DNA of 50,718 nt from Limisphaerales bacterium (GTDB lineage Bacteria; Verrucomicrobiota; Verrucomicrobiia; Limisphaerales; SIBE01): assembly GCA_044225505.1 (NCBI GenBank), contig JBGAIN010000041.1:1-50718 (forward strand). Direction: 5' to 3'. The position numbers were made by a program, and so were the translations under genes. Shown piece after piece: positions 19,858 to 29,385 of this stretch (its first letter is position 1; the number at the start of each line of letters is the position of its first letter). A model generated the notes under the pieces. That model saw nothing but the letters and a program-made list of their open reading frames with translations. It was not told the origin of the DNA and ran no database searches.

Positions 19858-22742
19858 ATGGTAAATCCCGTATCTCACACCAAGGTATTTTCCTTGAAGA
19901 GAAGTAGGAGTTCTCACGAATCCAACCGATCGGATTCTCTCGGGCTCAGGCCCATACGCACAACGGTTTCCGACACGTTGAATCGCGCGGGGTTCGCACT
20001 GGCGACCGCCGCTTTTCTTGCGCACGCTGTCTCGGTCTCCGCTCAGACCCCGGCGGCACCAAGCCCCGCCCCGCCCGCAACCGCACCCGCAGCCCCGCCG
20101 TCGAAGTTCCGTGACTTTAATGACGTCACTCGCGGAACCGAGCGATTTGACGGGTTGCTGACGATGTATCGCACAAACGACACGCTTTACGGTGAATTCA
20201 AGCCCGGGCAATTGGACCAGCCTTTTATCGCGCCCATGGCCATCGCGCGCGGGTTAGCCTCGGCCGGCCAACCGCTGAATTTCGGAGATGAATGGATTCT
20301 GGTTTTCCATCGCGTCGGCGACAAAGTCCAACTTTTGCGACGGAACATCCATTATAAGGCGCCTGAGAATACGCCTCTGCAAAAGGCGGTTCGCCAAAAC
20401 TATACCGATTCCGTTTTGATGGCATTGCCGATTGTTACGATCAACCCGGCCGGGCAGGGGGTTGTGATCGATCTGGGTCAGATTTTCTTCAGTGATTTCG
20501 CTGAGATTGGTTTGGGCTCGCTCGATCGGAACCGGAGTAGTTGGGCTAAGATTAAAGCTTTCCCGAACAATATTGAGCTCCAGGTGGAAGCGACGTTTTC
20601 TGGGCGCTCCTTTTCCGGGGGGCTTGGTTTTTCCGATGACGGCGTGGCTGATCCACGCGGGATCACCATGGTGATCCATTACAGTTTGGCTAAACTGCCC
20701 GATCCGGGCTACAAGCCGCGCATGGCCGATAATCGCGTGGGGCATTTCTTGAACGCGACCAAGGATTTTGGCTCGAACAATCCGGATACGACCTTTGTTC
20801 GCCAGATCAATCGGTGGCGCTTGGAGAAATCAGATCCCAAAGCCAAAGTATCTCCGCCCAAGAAGCAGATTGTTTGGTGGGTCGAAGATACGGTTCCGCA
20901 AGAGTTCCGCCCATATGTCGAAGAAGGGATTCTCGAGTGGAACAAAGCCTTTGAGAAGATCGGATACCGGAATGCCATCGCCGTTCGCTGGCAGAATGAA
21001 CGCGATGAGTTTGACCCGGAGGACATTAATTACTGCACATTCCGGTGGATCACCACGAGCTCCGCATTCGCCATGTCCGCTCTGCGATCCAACCCGCTGA
21101 CCGGTGAAATGATCGACGGCGACGTCATTTTTGACGCCAGCTGGATCCGCTATTGGAAGACAGAGTATGCATTCCTGGTGGGATCTCCTGTGCCGACGGG
21201 GCAACGCAACAACGCTAACAACATGTCCATTCTCGGAGTCGGCGAAGTCATTAGCCCCGCGATGGCCGCCAAGTATGGCTATGGGTTGCCCTCTCCGCTC
21301 CCGGGCATGGTTCTCAAGAACGGCCAGTCCAACCGTTCCGAAGATGGACTGGTGATGGATGTTGTTCCGGCGGAGTTCAGTCCCTTGCAATTGGCGCTCC
21401 GCCGCCGTTTGTCACCCGGGAAATTTGCGAGTTGCCAGTTTAACTCCATGCGTTTGCAGGAGTATAGCCTGGCGGCGATGGCTCTGGCAGAGCCGGGCAG
21501 CACGAATGATGCTGGCGGCAAGCTTCCCGAAGAGTTTTTGGGGCAGGCGATCAAGGAAGTGGTCATGCACGAAGTGGGGCATTCCTTGGGGCTGCGTCAC
21601 AACTTCCGGGCGAGCACGATGCTGCCCTATGAACAGATCAACGATACAAGTATCACTCGAGTTAAGGGCATGACGGGCAGTGTCATGGATTACAACCCCA
21701 TCAACATCGCTCCCAAAGGTCAGAAACAAGGGGACTTTGCCACCACAACGATTGGGCCTTACGACTATTGGGCGATCGAGTACGCCTACAAACCGATCGA
21801 TGGAGATGAAACCGCTGAGTTGACCAAGATCGCGGCGCGTTCGCCAGAACCCGAGCTCACCTTTGCCACCGACGAAGACATGTACCTGGACGACGATCCG
21901 TTGATCAACGTCTACGACTTGGGTTCTGATCCGTTGAAGTTCGGCAAAGACCGCATGGCCTTGGCGGCGGACTTGCTCAAGAACCTCGACCAGCGCGTCG
22001 TTAAAGATGGCGAATCCTGGGCGCGACTCCGTTCGGCTTTCTCGGTTTTGTTCAGCCAGTTTGGAGACGCCGCGTTCTTCGCCGCCAGTTACATCGGCGG
22101 ACAGAATGTCTCTCGTGACTTCAAGGGCGGCGAGAAGAGCAGGGATCCGGTCGTGCCGGTCACCGGCGAGAAACAACGCGAAGCCTTGCAGTTCTTGACG
22201 GAGAATATTTTGAGCGACAAAGCGTTTCAGTTCTCTCCAGCGCTGCTGCGCCGGCTCACCACGGAGTACTGGTATCATTGGGGCAGCGATTATGCTTCGC
22301 TCCCAGCATTCTCTCGCGCATCCAAAACCAGGAGCTGCAATCCGAACCTAAGAGCAAGCCGTTGAAGATGGAAGAGATCTTCTCGACGCTGACGGAGGGG
22401 GTCTGGTCGGAGTTGAATGGCAGCGCGACCTGCTACTCGACTGTTCGCCGAAACCTGCAAAGAGAGCATTTGCGCCGACTGATGACCATGGTCGTTGGGA
22501 ATCGACGTAGTCCGTTGGAAGACCTTTACGGGTACATCATCATCCTGGGCAACTCCGGGACGGTCCCCGCCGATGCCAAAAGCTTGGCGCGGATGCACCT
22601 CTCGGACATCGCGGGCCGCATCACGAAGGTCCTCGAGACCAAGAGCGGCACGCTGGATGATTCGACTCGGGCCCACTTGGTTGAGTGCAAACAACGCATC
22701 CAAAAGACTCTAGATTCGAGCTACACCGCCAACGAGCTGTAA
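19858..22742 (+). CDS. Secreted zinc-dependent metalloprotease (DUF5117/DUF4953, EcxA-like), reading frame broken near 22290-22300
   Basis: HEVGHSLGLRHNF zinc motif, SVMDY Met-turn, GPYDYWAIEYAY. The C-terminal part (SRIQNQEL...RRNLQREHL...DAKSLAR...TRAHL) continues in another frame (22278-22742). Confidence 0.85.
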
Positions 22743-22783
22743 GCATCGTGGCACCTTAGGCGAAACAAGAGTTATTCGTCGCA

Positions 22784-22813
22784 AGCGGCGGTTCTGTAAG
22801 GAGCCGCCGCGTT
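22784..22813 (+). terminator. Probable intrinsic terminator downstream of the metalloprotease
   Basis: GCGGCGGTTC-TGTAAG-GAGCCGCCGC hairpin followed by GTTT. Confidence 0.55.
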
Positions 22814-22886
22814 TGATTAGGCGGAGGCTGGGCCACTCCAAGGCGCTAACGTGTCAGCGTTATAAACGGAGTGCCAGCGATTTCAT

Positions 22887-22996
22887 GGGAACGCGGACTT
22901 TAGTCCGCCGGATCAGGTGCGCGGAGGGCAGGCTGCGGGTCAACCCAGGGGGCGTTCGCCAGTCGAGGCTTCCGGCGGGATGAATTCCGCGATCCA
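22887..22996. repeat. REP-like inverted palindrome pair (GGAACGCGG...CCGC family)
   Basis: GGGAACGCGGACTTTAGTCCGCCGGA ... TCCGGCGGGATGAATTCCGCGATCC; a related single copy lies at ~47446-47470. Confidence 0.6.
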
Positions 22997-23072
22997 ATCA
23001 TTTCCGAATCCACTGAGTTTCACCCAGCTAATAATGACTTGGCTGCGGCTGCGGCGGCAGCTACGCTCGAGC

Positions 23073-23996
23073 ATGCGTCCGGTCCGCGTTGTCGGCCTGT
23101 ATCTGCTCTTTGTATTTCTGGGCGGAGCATTGCTCGCTCCCTGGATCTACAAGTTTTTTCAGCTCCTCGCCTCTTGGATGCCGGCGATGCAGGGAGCGGC
23201 CTCAAAACCATTTCCGCGTTTCGTAAACCGTGCCCTCCTGATTCTGGCATTGATCGGGTTGAGACCATTTCTGCGGGCGGTGAATCTATCGAGTTGGCGG
23301 GCGGTGGGTTTGCCGCAACGCGGGGATGGCATCACGCAAGCGGGATGGGGATTCGGGATCGGGCTCACGTCGCTTGCTTGTATTGTAGCGCTTGCGCTGA
23401 CTTCCGGCGCTCGCGAGCTTGTGCATGAACATCGGGTTTGGACGATCCTTGGGCAGTTGCTCAAGGCGGCACTCGTCGCGCTCTTGGTGGGAACAATGGA
23501 AGAGATTGTTTTCCGGGGTGCACTCTTTGGCGCCTTGCGCAAATCGCTGCATTGGTCTTTAGCGCTGGCGCTGAGCAGCCTGATTTATGCGGTGCTCCAT
23601 TTCCTGGAACGTCCGAGCGCGTCGGGCTTGGTCACTTGGAGCTCCGGCTTGGGCGTCCTCGCGGGCATGGCTCAGGGCCTCGGCGATTGGAATCGAATTA
23701 TTCCCGGGTTGATCAACTTGATCGTGATCGGAGCTATTCTAGCGTTGGCTTACCAACGAACGGGCTCGCTCTACTTTTCGATCGGGCTGCACGCGGGCTG
23801 GATTTTCTGGTTAAAAGCGTATGGGCTGATGACCGACGAGACCGCGACCCCACGAAGTTGGCTGTTTGGCTCGAATAAACTGGTTGATGGTTGGCTGGCT
23901 TTTGTTTTACTTGCCGGGACCTTGGCGATTTTGAGCCGGGTTTTAGTCCAGGAGGATGTTCGCACCACATGGAAAGAGCGACAGCTGTTAAGCTGA
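23073..23996 (+). CDS. CPBP (Abi/CAAX) family intramembrane metalloprotease
   Basis: EEIVFRG, YAVLHF and GLHAGW motifs in a multi-pass membrane protein. Start uncertain (23034 or 23073). Confidence 0.9.
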   Translation: MRPVRVVGLYLLFVFLGGALLAPWIYKFFQLLASWMPAMQGAASKPFPRFVNRALLILALIGLRPFLRAVNLSSWRAVGLPQRGDGITQAGWGFGIGLTSLACIVALALTSGARELVHEHRVWTILGQLLKAALVALLVGTMEEIVFRGALFGALRKSLHWSLALALSSLIYAVLHFLERPSASGLVTWSSGLGVLAGMAQGLGDWNRIIPGLINLIVIGAILALAYQRTGSLYFSIGLHAGWIFWLKAYGLMTDETATPRSWLFGSNKLVDGWLAFVLLAGTLAILSRVLVQEDVRTTWKERQLLS

Positions 23997-24754
23997 ATGG
24001 TTGGCAACCGTTGCTGGCCAAAACCACAAGTTGGTGGGAAGCGGCCTTAAGCTTCTTCTATCCGAATACCTGCCAGATTTGCCTGAACGCCCGTGCCATG
24101 GCTGCGGAGGGCTACGTTTGCACGGGGTGTCGAGCCCGGCCCGGGGCGGTGCAACGAATTCAGGCACCGTTTTGCGCGCGCTGCGGGTTGCCTTTTCCTG
24201 GGGATATTACCGGTCCCTTTGAGTGTTCCAACTGTCGCGAACTGGAATTTGACTTTCGTTACGCTCGGGCCGCCGTGGCCGCCAAAGGTCTAGTCTTGGA
24301 CGTCATTCACCGTTACAAGTATTCGGGGGCTGTTTGGTTCGAGCCGTTCCTCGGCCAGCTCTTCGCGGAGGTTGCAGCGCCCGTCCTCCAGGCTGAGGAA
24401 TGGGACTGGATCGTTCCAGTCCCGCTGCATCCGGTCAAACGACGCGAGCGCGAATTCAACCAGGCCGAACAAATGGCCAAATGGCTCCACCGTGCGACTC
24501 AAATTCCGGTCGTCGCGGATGCGTTGAAGCGAGTCACGCCGACCCGAACGCAAACGTTGCTGAGCCGGGCTGAACGCGCTGCCAACGTCAGTCGCGCGTT
24601 CGCGCTCCGTCCGGGGCGCGAGGTTCAAGGCCGGAAGGTGATCCTGGTTGACGACGTTTTTACGACGGGGGCAACCACTCAGGCATGTGCTAAGGCGTTG
24701 CGGCGCAATGGTGCCGAAGAGATTTGCGTCTGGACCGTTGCTCGCGGTCTTTAA
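23969..24754 (+). CDS. comF: ComF family protein (double zinc ribbon plus phosphoribosyltransferase-like domain)
   Basis: CxxC pairs, VPVPLH...REFNQAE, ILVDDVFTTGAT, VARG; AGGAGG upstream of ATG 23969. Confidence 0.9.
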   Translation: MERATAVKLNGWQPLLAKTTSWWEAALSFFYPNTCQICLNARAMAAEGYVCTGCRARPGAVQRIQAPFCARCGLPFPGDITGPFECSNCRELEFDFRYARAAVAAKGLVLDVIHRYKYSGAVWFEPFLGQLFAEVAAPVLQAEEWDWIVPVPLHPVKRREREFNQAEQMAKWLHRATQIPVVADALKRVTPTRTQTLLSRAERAANVSRAFALRPGREVQGRKVILVDDVFTTGATTQACAKALRRNGAEEICVWTVARGL

Positions 24755-24904
24755 AACAGGTAGTATGCAGCGCAATTACTGAACGTGAAAAGATTCGTGT
24801 TCCACGCTGGACGTTCTCGGCAGTCAAAGGGTTTATCAGGAAGCCGCGGTTCCTTGGGGTTTTTGCCTGCGTGCGGTGCCGACTATTAACCAGAAACTCT
24901 CACT

Positions 24905-25876
24905 ATGACGCCTACCATTTTCACCAAGAAAATCCTGGCGCTGGAATCCACTCAGACTGGCACCGGCCCCAAATCCAGCACCCCGCCCACGACCCTTCCG
25001 AAGAAGCCTAAGATCGGCGCGTCCAAATCGAAAAAGCGCGAGATTCCCGAGGGGCTTTGGACGAAGTGTCCCAAGTGTTCGGTCATGCTTTATGACAAGG
25101 AACTCGATGAGAACCTGAAGACTTGCCTGCATTGCAACCACCATTTTCCGATCACAGCGCGGGAACGTATCAATTCGCTCGTTGAGACCTGCTCGTTTGC
25201 GGAGATGGATACCGAGATGACCAGCGTCGATGTCTTGAAGTTCACGGGCGTGGCTGCCTACGAGGACAAGCTGACCGCATATCAGAAATCGACCGGGCTA
25301 AAAGATGCCGTCATTACGGGGTTGGGCAAGATTGGCTCGCATCGCGTCGCTCTCGGAGTGATGGACTTTGGTTTTTTGGGCGGGTCGATGGGCTCGGTCG
25401 TAGGCGAGAAGCTGACGCGTTTGGTGGAAACGGCGACGGCGAAAGGGCTGCCCGTAGTCATTATCTCGAGCAGCGGCGGTGCTCGCATGTATGAAGGGAT
25501 GTGCAGTTTGATGCAGATGGCCAAAACGTGCGCTGCACTAGCGTATCACGCCCAAGCCAAGCTCCCTTATATCAGTGTCCTGACCAATCCCACCACCGCC
25601 GGTGTCATGGCCAGCTTTGCCACCGTGGGTGATCTGATCATTGCCGAGCCCGGTGCAATGATTGGTTTTGCCGGGCCACGTGTCATCAAAGACACAACCC
25701 AGTCCGAGCTGCCGCCCGGTTTTCAGACCGCCGAATTCCTTCTCGATTATGGTCTGATCGATGCCTTGGTTCCACGCAAGGACATGAAAGACCGCCTGAA
25801 CTACTACTTGCATTTTCTCAGTATTTCGTCGGTGACATCTCCTGTGCCGCCGATCGTGGCACGTGTGACCAATTGA
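24905..25876 (+). CDS. accD: Acetyl-CoA carboxylase carboxyltransferase subunit beta
   Basis: PEGLWTKCPKC...CLHC zinc finger, MDFGFLGGSMGSVVGEK, SGGARMYEG, IGFAGPRVI, LPPGFQTAEFLL. Confidence 0.97.
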   Translation: MTPTIFTKKILALESTQTGTGPKSSTPPTTLPKKPKIGASKSKKREIPEGLWTKCPKCSVMLYDKELDENLKTCLHCNHHFPITARERINSLVETCSFAEMDTEMTSVDVLKFTGVAAYEDKLTAYQKSTGLKDAVITGLGKIGSHRVALGVMDFGFLGGSMGSVVGEKLTRLVETATAKGLPVVIISSSGGARMYEGMCSLMQMAKTCAALAYHAQAKLPYISVLTNPTTAGVMASFATVGDLIIAEPGAMIGFAGPRVIKDTTQSELPPGFQTAEFLLDYGLIDALVPRKDMKDRLNYYLHFLSISSVTSPVPPIVARVTN

Positions 25877-25921
25877 CCCGTTCGATGGAAGTCGCCTCGA
25901 TCTGCAGGATCCGAGATGAGT

Positions 25922-26055
25922 CTAGTGCGGTGACCGCTAAGTCCTTGCACTTTCGCGGCGAGGGGTTTTGCACTCCCGCAAGGCGCGAGCGAGGCGCATA
26001 CCCGTCCTGACAGGTCGGGAGAACGAGCGAGTAACGCCGCGGGCGCGCGAAAGCG
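25922..26055. repeat. Second, partial copy of the 12441-12613 repeat family, hairpin-forming
   Basis: CTTTCGCGGCGAGGGGTTTTGC...GGCGCGAGCGAGGCGCATACCCGTCC.GACAGG.CGGGAGAACGAGCG closely matches 12469-12550. Starts with CTAG; closing stem CTTTCGCG/CGCGAAAG. Confidence 0.65.
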
Positions 26056-26221
26056 GCGAGAATCCTGGAGGGGGGAAGCCTGCGTTCGGTCTGCGACCAA
26101 GTGGCGGTGCGAAGTGTGGGGTGCTGGTTGTCTTTTGAGCCGAATCAAGCTCGAAATTCCCTGGGTGAATTGACAAGAAAAGAGACTTTGTTTTTTTCAG
26201 GGCCTTCGGCAACATGCGACC

Positions 26222-26401
26222 ATGAGTAATCCAGTTCCTAGGGTGCGCGATCTGGCCGATTTGGAAGAAAAGCTGCGACGAGTCCGCAAGGAGTCGCTGG
26301 CTGCTTCCCAAGCGGGGGACTTTCGCACCGTCGCGAAGCTTACCAGCGAGGCCGCGCGCCTCAACGAGGAGATCCGGGCACGTCGAGTCGTCATGGACTA
26401 G
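26222..26401 (+). CDS. Small helical hypothetical protein (59 aa, UVR-domain-like coiled coil)
   Basis: Below the ORF track cutoff. Translation: MSNPVPRVRDLADLEEKLRRVRKESLAASQAGDFRTVAKLTSEAARLNEEIRARRVVMD. TTGACA lies upstream at 26170. Confidence 0.7.
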   Translation: MSNPVPRVRDLADLEEKLRRVRKESLAASQAGDFRTVAKLTSEAARLNEEIRARRVVMD

Positions 26402-26493
26402 TCTAACCGATCCGGCCACTCGCCGCCGGCCGCTCCGGGCCTAGAGGAACCGCTTACGAAGCACTTCACCGTTGGAAGGAGCGCTAGCGCGAT

Positions 26494-27486
26494 TCACTTT
26501 TTCAAGGTCGGTCCTGGGACCGGCGCTGGAGTCCGCACCGAGGCGGGAGTCACTGGGCGCAAGGCCAGGAACCCCTTCGCCAGCAAATCGGCGGCCTTGC
26601 TATCTCGGACCTTTCGGTCGGCACTTCCCAGGACCACCGCGATCACCCTCTGACCGTTGCGCGCGGCGGTGGCGGCGATGGAGAATCCCGCTTGTGAAAA
26701 GAAACCCGTCTTCAGACCATCACATCCGTCCACTTGAGCCATGAGATGGTTGTGCGTTCGCATCACTACCGTTTTGGCACCGGCGTCCGGTCGAAAGGGG
26801 CGCTCGCGTGTCGAGGTATAGCGAAGGGTGTCCGGGTATTTCAAAAGCTCTCGGCAAAGAATGGAGAAATCGCGCGCCGTCGTCACGTCGGGCTCTTGTC
26901 CTGCGCCGGGCGGTAACCCATGCACAGAGTGAAATGAGGTGTTTACCATTCCAAGGTGTTTCGCCTTCTCGTTCATAATCTGAACAAAGGCATCGGTCGT
27001 GCCCGCGGCTTTTTCTGCCAAAGCCACGGCGGCGTCGTTCGCGGACTGAACCATGAGCGCGTAGAGCAGCTCGTCCACCGTAAAAACCTCTTTCTCGGCG
27101 AGCCATACTTGCGAACCCCCGGTCTTCGCTGCCCGAACACTCACCGTGACCTGGTCCTGAAGGGTCAACTCATGATGTTGCACCTTCTCCAAGAGGATGA
27201 GCAGATCCATGAGCTTCAGCACGCTGGCCGGGTAACCTTTCGCATCGGGTTGATCTTCCACCAGGGCGCGACCGGTCGCAGCGTCGATCACGATCGCTCC
27301 GATATACGGATCGCGCGCGATCGTTTTCCGTTCCACCGGCGCCTGTTGAGGGGGACGCGCTGGGGCCGCTTTCTTAGGGGCGGGCGCGGCGGCCGCCATC
27401 GGAAGGAGCCAGCAGGCCGAGAGGAACGCTAGCAACGTCGAAGCGAAGGGTAAGGGACGGAAGCGAAAGGTCAGATTGGAGGTCAT
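26494..27486 (-). CDS. D-alanyl-D-alanine carboxypeptidase (peptidase S11)
   Basis: SxxK (PASVLK), SAN, HGL and KTG motifs; N-terminal signal peptide. Confidence 0.94.
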   Translation of the reverse strand: MTSNLTFRFRPLPFASTLLAFLSACWLLPMAAAAPAPKKAAPARPPQQAPVERKTIARDPYIGAIVIDAATGRALVEDQPDAKGYPASVLKLMDLLILLEKVQHHELTLQDQVTVSVRAAKTGGSQVWLAEKEVFTVDELLYALMVQSANDAAVALAEKAAGTTDAFVQIMNEKAKHLGMVNTSFHSVHGLPPGAGQEPDVTTARDFSILCRELLKYPDTLRYTSTRERPFRPDAGAKTVVMRTHNHLMAQVDGCDGLKTGFFSQAGFSIAATAARNGQRVIAVVLGSADRKVRDSKAADLLAKGFLALRPVTPASVRTPAPVPGPTLKK

Positions 27487-27666
27487 GCAACACGGTTATC
27501 GAATCGATTGAGCTCTGGGTGCGCCGTTCGAATTGGATTCGATGGCTTCTGGCAGAGCGTCGGTAGGCTGCGCGTTCGGGAGTTCGGCGTCAAGTGTGCA
27601 GCCGTAGGCGATACGGATTGAAGACTCGCTGATTCTTGGGAACACCGGCGGGGATCGTTCGTATTT

Positions 27667-27753
27667 AACAGGGAGACAACATGGAATTAACAGGGATATA
27701 ACACGGATAAAACCCGTGTTATATCCGTGTTATATCCGAGTAATCTCCGTGTT
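27667..27753. repeat. Inverted array of 11-bp units (4 forward, 4 reverse) forming an ~87-bp palindrome
   Basis: AACAGGGAGAC AACATGGAATT AACAGGGATAT AACACGGATAA, then (A)AACCCGTGTT ATATCCGTGTT ATATCCGAGTA ATCTCCGTGTT. Confidence 0.85.
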
Positions 27754-28927
27754 ATCTACGGACGAAGGGCCGGCAGATCCCGAATCCCGACTCGACCTTG
27801 AGTCGGCTCGCCCTGCTCGCAAGTCGGCGATGCATGATCCAACCTCCGACAAATCCCGCGCCTAAAGCACTCGCGACGAGGGACACCGAATTCTTAGACG
27901 TCGTGCCGTTGCGCCGGTCGAGAGGGTCGCTCGGCCGGTTCTCGAGCGCGGCTGGAGGCGTGGTTGCTTCCGCGCCCTGCGACAAGGCGGCTTCGACCAA
28001 GGCATCGTGGTGCGGAATCCCCTCTTGAGCTCGCCCTTCTTCCGTGACTGCCATCGCATGAGAACTCGGCACGATGCGCGAGCCGGTGGCTTTGGCGTAG
28101 ACTTGCGTGAATTCCGCGCCAAAGAACAAAATGAGCGAGGAATAGTAAACCCAGAGGAGCAAGATCACCACCGATCCAGCGGCGCCGTAGGCGGAGCTCG
28201 TGCTCTCTCGGCCAAGGTAGAGAGCGAGCAAGAACTTGCCGATGGTGAATAGCAAGCTCGTGCCGAGTGCTCCTACCCAGACATCACGCCATTGCACGTT
28301 GGCATCGGGCAAGACCTTGTAGATCATGGCAAAGAGGAGGCTGATCACGAGGAACGAAACGCTAAATTGCAGAATGTGCGCGACCGCCTCGGGCATGGGA
28401 ATCCACTGATTAATCCGCCCGCTCAGCGCTTGCAGAGTGGTCGTCACGACCATGGATACGAGGAGTAGAAACGCTATTCCCAAGACCATGGTGAAGGAAA
28501 GGAACCGTGATCGGACGAAGCCCCAAACACCTTGGCCAGGCTTGGGTTTGACCTCCCAAATCGTATTGAGCGCATCTTGGAGTTGGCCGAAAACTCCGGT
28601 GGCGCCAAAAAGCAGAGCGACAACGCCAAGGATCGTCGCGAGGAGGCTCGAGCCGTGGTTCTGGGTCGTAAGCATGGTCTCTACGGTTTTCGCCGCGGTG
28701 GGCCCCATGAACGACTGAATTTGCGCGTGCACTTCTGTGCTCACGGCGCCTCGATCGAAAACCATGGCGGCCAACCCAATCACAATCACCAGAAGCGGTC
28801 CGAGAGAAAACATGGAGTAATAAGCGAGCGCCGCCGCCAGTCGCGGAACGCTGTCTTCCATGAATTCCGCAACCGTGCCTTTTAGACTGTCCCAGCTGGA
28901 ACCCTTGGTCTGTGCGAGATTGTGCAT
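27752..28927 (-). CDS. YihY/virulence factor BrkB family membrane protein
   Basis: LAAALAYYSMFSLGPLL, LQDALNTIWEV, YKVLPD, AYGAAGSVVILLLWVYYSSLILFFGAEF. Confidence 0.95.
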   Translation of the reverse strand: MHNLAQTKGSSWDSLKGTVAEFMEDSVPRLAAALAYYSMFSLGPLLVIVIGLAAMVFDRGAVSTEVHAQIQSFMGPTAAKTVETMLTTQNHGSSLLATILGVVALLFGATGVFGQLQDALNTIWEVKPKPGQGVWGFVRSRFLSFTMVLGIAFLLLVSMVVTTTLQALSGRINQWIPMPEAVAHILQFSVSFLVISLLFAMIYKVLPDANVQWRDVWVGALGTSLLFTIGKFLLALYLGRESTSSAYGAAGSVVILLLWVYYSSLILFFGAEFTQVYAKATGSRIVPSSHAMAVTEEGRAQEGIPHHDALVEAALSQGAEATTPPAALENRPSDPLDRRNGTTSKNSVSLVASALGAGFVGGWIMHRRLASRASRLKVESGFGICRPFVRR

Positions 28928-29385
28928 TCGAGTCAAGTGTTTGCGTCAGGCGTGTTCCACAAGGATTCTACTGAGCGAGGCCGTGGAACTGGGGGACCGT
29001 TGCGGATAACAGCTAAACTGAAAAAGATGAACGGGGAGAAGGCTCGCCTCGCTTGAATGAACGATCATGAGGTGAATGGCGTTGACGGCACCGAGTTTCG
29101 CGGTGGGGAGCGCCTGGACCCGCACCACACCGGTCTGAGCGCCTTTCGTTGCATATTACTGAAGTAAGGCGCCGATGCCCCAGGCGCCACCGGCCTCCAG
29201 CCTGTTTTGGATTTCAGGTTTTCCCTAAGACCGGTGGCTGCCTTGCGAAGCAAGGGGACGGGGCATGATCTGGCGTGCATTTTCGGCGCGAGAAATGTCC
29301 AAGGGGTGGCGGGATGATCGATCTCGTGCGAAAATCGATTTGCCGGAGTGAGCAGATAGTGCGTCAATGCAGGCGAAACGGTGTT

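Noticed and set aside
21412..22278. 288-aa antisense ORF, and similar ones such as 43065-43814, 37634-38431, 30133-30849 and 39361-40059
   Set aside because: Shadow ORFs opposite well-supported genes in GC-rich DNA, with no recognisable motifs.
29175..29266. Assignment as c-di-GMP-I riboswitch, SRP RNA or 6S RNA
   Set aside because: The conserved signatures (GCAAAC...GACGCAAAGC; CAGG..GGAA..AGCAG; the long 6S rod with central bubble) are not convincingly present.
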